64,000 nucleotides of DNA from Octopus sinensis (taxonomy: Eukaryota): the NCBI RefSeq assembly GCF_006345805.1, contig NC_043016.1, positions 22,382,001 to 22,446,000 on the forward strand, given 5' to 3'. Below, piece after piece: positions 61,797-64,000 of the stretch; the first letter of the stretch is position 1; the number at the start of each line of letters is the position of its first letter. The translations under genes and the position numbers were made by a program. A model generated the notes under the pieces. It was not told where the DNA came from and did not search any database. It worked only from the letters and a program-made list of their open reading frames with translations.

Positions 61797-62789
61797 GCGA
61801 AATTTTTTTTTCCCACGAGAATCCCGGACCCCAGTAATGAACTCATTCGCATACAGCCAATCAGAGCTCACCATGACCTTAACAAACACATTCTACCAAG
61901 CAAACTCAAGACGAAGAACGGTGTTGTAAGTCGACCGATCGCCAATTTATGCCTGATTTTAGAAGGAGACAAGTAATTGGATAGATTTGCATTTATACCT
62001 ATTATCGGATTTTGTTAGGGCTCGATATGGCAAAGATGTGAATGGGAAAAATGTGGGTAGAGGGTGATGTGCTAGAAACCCTCTCCCTTTACTGTTTTTC
62101 AAAGTAAACAACAACACAAATAATTATGCTGAGGCAGCCATGGTCGAAACAAGAACAAGAACAAGCATTATTAAAAGAGAAAAGAAGCATGGTCATTCCT
62201 TAACCAAGTGACCTTATCTTATCGCCTGACTGGGTGAAAATGATACGGAATTTTATCAGTGAACAGGTCGCGGTCTCAAAGCGATGAAAATATTTTAACA
62301 AATTAAATTTAAACGTTGAAGTGAAGCTAACGGTTTTTGTGTGTTTTTAAATACCTTCCACGTAGCAATTGTTTTTGTTTCAGCACACGATCTCAGATCA
62401 GGTCACTTGCTATGCAAGTACATCTCAGTAATTTTTAAAAACATATTTCTGAAAAAAAAAAAAAAAAAAAAGAATTCCAGCAATTCTGTTTGGGCAAAAT
62501 GTATTATTGTACCAGCGTCGGAGTAACCTGTGAACATCGAAGGATCAAAACCAAGAAGGAAGTAATGTTATTTACATATATTTATTCGTTTGCCCGACAA
62601 GTAGTACTTGCAGTGAAAGCGAAATTTGTTTTAATACTGACAAAAAGATTGCTGTCTGCCAGTAGAGAAGGAAAGAGTAAGGAATGCACAGTGTTGACTA
62701 GAAAGGATAAAGCTGGCTCTGCTCTGATTGGTTGTATGTAAATGAGTTCATTACTGGGGTCCGGAACTCACGTGGGAAAAAAATTTCGC
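61797..62789. repeat. About 70-bp inverted repeat pair (61797-61867 and 62721-62789) carrying CCAAT, octamer-like, E-box-like and E2F-like motifs
   Basis: gcgaaatttttttttcccacgagaatcccggaccccagtaatgaactcattcgcatacagccaatcagagc matches the reverse complement of the right arm with a few substitutions and indels. Confidence 0.85.
62230..62430 (+). mobile_element. Penelope-like terminal repeat (same family as 42446-42786)
   Basis: atcagtgaacaggtcgcggtctcaaagcgatgaaaatatttt...cagcacacgatctcagatca. Confidence 0.75.
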
Positions 62790-62864
62790 CACCTGGCCAC
62801 CAAAACAAAAAGAAAAGTGTCATAGGTGTAAAAAAAAACGTGCATTAAACGAATAAAGAACAAA

Positions 62865-63349
62865 AATTTGCGCCAACGAACCGATTATAAAGAAATTTGC
62901 GGGAAAATTTTTTTCTGAGGAGTTGGGGAGAGGACTTTCGAAGAGAGTGAAATTCATGAATTATTTTGTTTGAGTGTAATGGAAAAAAATTTGAAAATAG
63001 AATTTTTAGATTCATTTATTTTTCGTTTGAGTAATAGAAAAAGGTTTTAAAAAAGATCCCAAGTGTCATGGTGAGAGAAACAAATTCATAAATACGGTGT
63101 TGAATATGGTTTCATTATGGAAAAGTAAGGGTGATTTAGCTGTTAGTTTTAGCACATCTCACGACCATCTGATACCTTCTTTGTTTGTTTAACATTTTCA
63201 GTTAATTACTACAAGTTCTGTCGGTCACCAATAAGTAAATTAACAAGCCTAATGGGGGTGAGAAGAAACTCCTCGACCCTTCGGAATCCCCCCCCCCGGA
63301 ACAAATTTCCCCCATAAGTTTCTTTATAAACGGTTCGTTGGCGCAAATT
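62865..63349. mobile_element. MITE-like element with about 50-bp TIRs
   Basis: aatttgcgccaacgaaccgattataaagaaatttgcgggaaaatttttttc versus the reverse complement of 63299-63349 aatttgcgccaacgaaccgtttataaagaaacttatgggggaaatttgttc. Confidence 0.65.
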
Positions 63350-63459
63350 ACATCTGTAGCGATATTGATATCCTCACTCTTTGAGAGACACAATAAAAAT
63401 GATCTCGTTTGAGATTACAACCATCTTTGGCTAGTTTGACCCTGTTGTGTCCACTGCTC

Positions 63460-63529
63460 TGATTGGTTGGCATTTGGCATGGTTTATCTCTCTATTTATT
63501 TCGCGCCAGTGTGTTGAGCCAACCAATCA
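63460..63529. promoter_or_regulatory. Inverted pair of CCAAT boxes around an E2F-like site
   Basis: tgattggttgg (63460-63470) ... tttcgcgc (63499-63506) ... ccaaccaatca (63519-63529), upstream of a CpG-rich stretch. Confidence 0.35.
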
Positions 63530-64000
63530 CTGCCTTCGGATAGGGCCTGCTTCAGATGCCCTTCTTTGAGCCATTTTAACCCCTTAACTAAGCTAGCATT
63601 TTCACTATTCTCCGTCTTTCGACTTTAGACCTTCTAAGGTCTAGTCACTGGCTACAGAGCTACTCAGCCTTGTCCCAGTTCCAGCGACAGACGACCAGCC
63701 TGCCAGCCATGCTACTGCTCTAGCTACGAAGACGCTATTATACACCAGCGACCGCCGTCATCACCATCGTCGCACTTCAACTTTACGTCGTCTCCACCAT
63801 CGTCAACTTCAACACGTCCACATCATGAGCGCTCAGGTCTTAACTCACGCTGTTTGTGAATATTCACCCTGGTAAAACAGTTGCAGTCGATCTGAAAGAA
63901 CTACTATATCAAGAGACTCGGCACGGCATGATAGCCCCAACTTCTACACGTGTAGTTACCGGCTCTGCACGTGACTCACAACATCTTGTTATAGAAATTA

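Overview
AT-rich, repeat-dense animal genomic DNA. The SINE, RTE-LINE and MITE families look like those of Octopus (recognised from memory, not verified by search). One protein-coding gene spans almost the whole window on the minus strand: ETFDH (mitochondrial electron-transfer-flavoprotein:ubiquinone oxidoreductase). Exons 2-14 are firmly placed between 43771 and 31; the first exon (near 59.3-59.6 kb) is ambiguous. Exon 10 is 142 nt instead of 144 and gives a premature stop, which is either an assembly indel or a null allele. The introns are filled with RTE and CR1/L2 LINE remnants, two tRNA-derived SINE families, a Tc1-type transposon with DD36E spacing nested in a LINE, a head-to-tail Helitron-like dimer, a tRNA-Asp pseudogene fused to a SINE, MITEs and many fold-back hairpins. 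The most interesting unexplained signal is a set of minimal type I hammerhead-ribozyme folds in Penelope-like repeat remnants: one with a canonical CUGANGA core (49494-49571), a four-copy family with a compensatory G3:C8 core swap (42525-42648, 50358-50408, 62252-62302) and a degenerate U6 variant (20041-20075). No CRISPR array or prokaryotic feature was seen.
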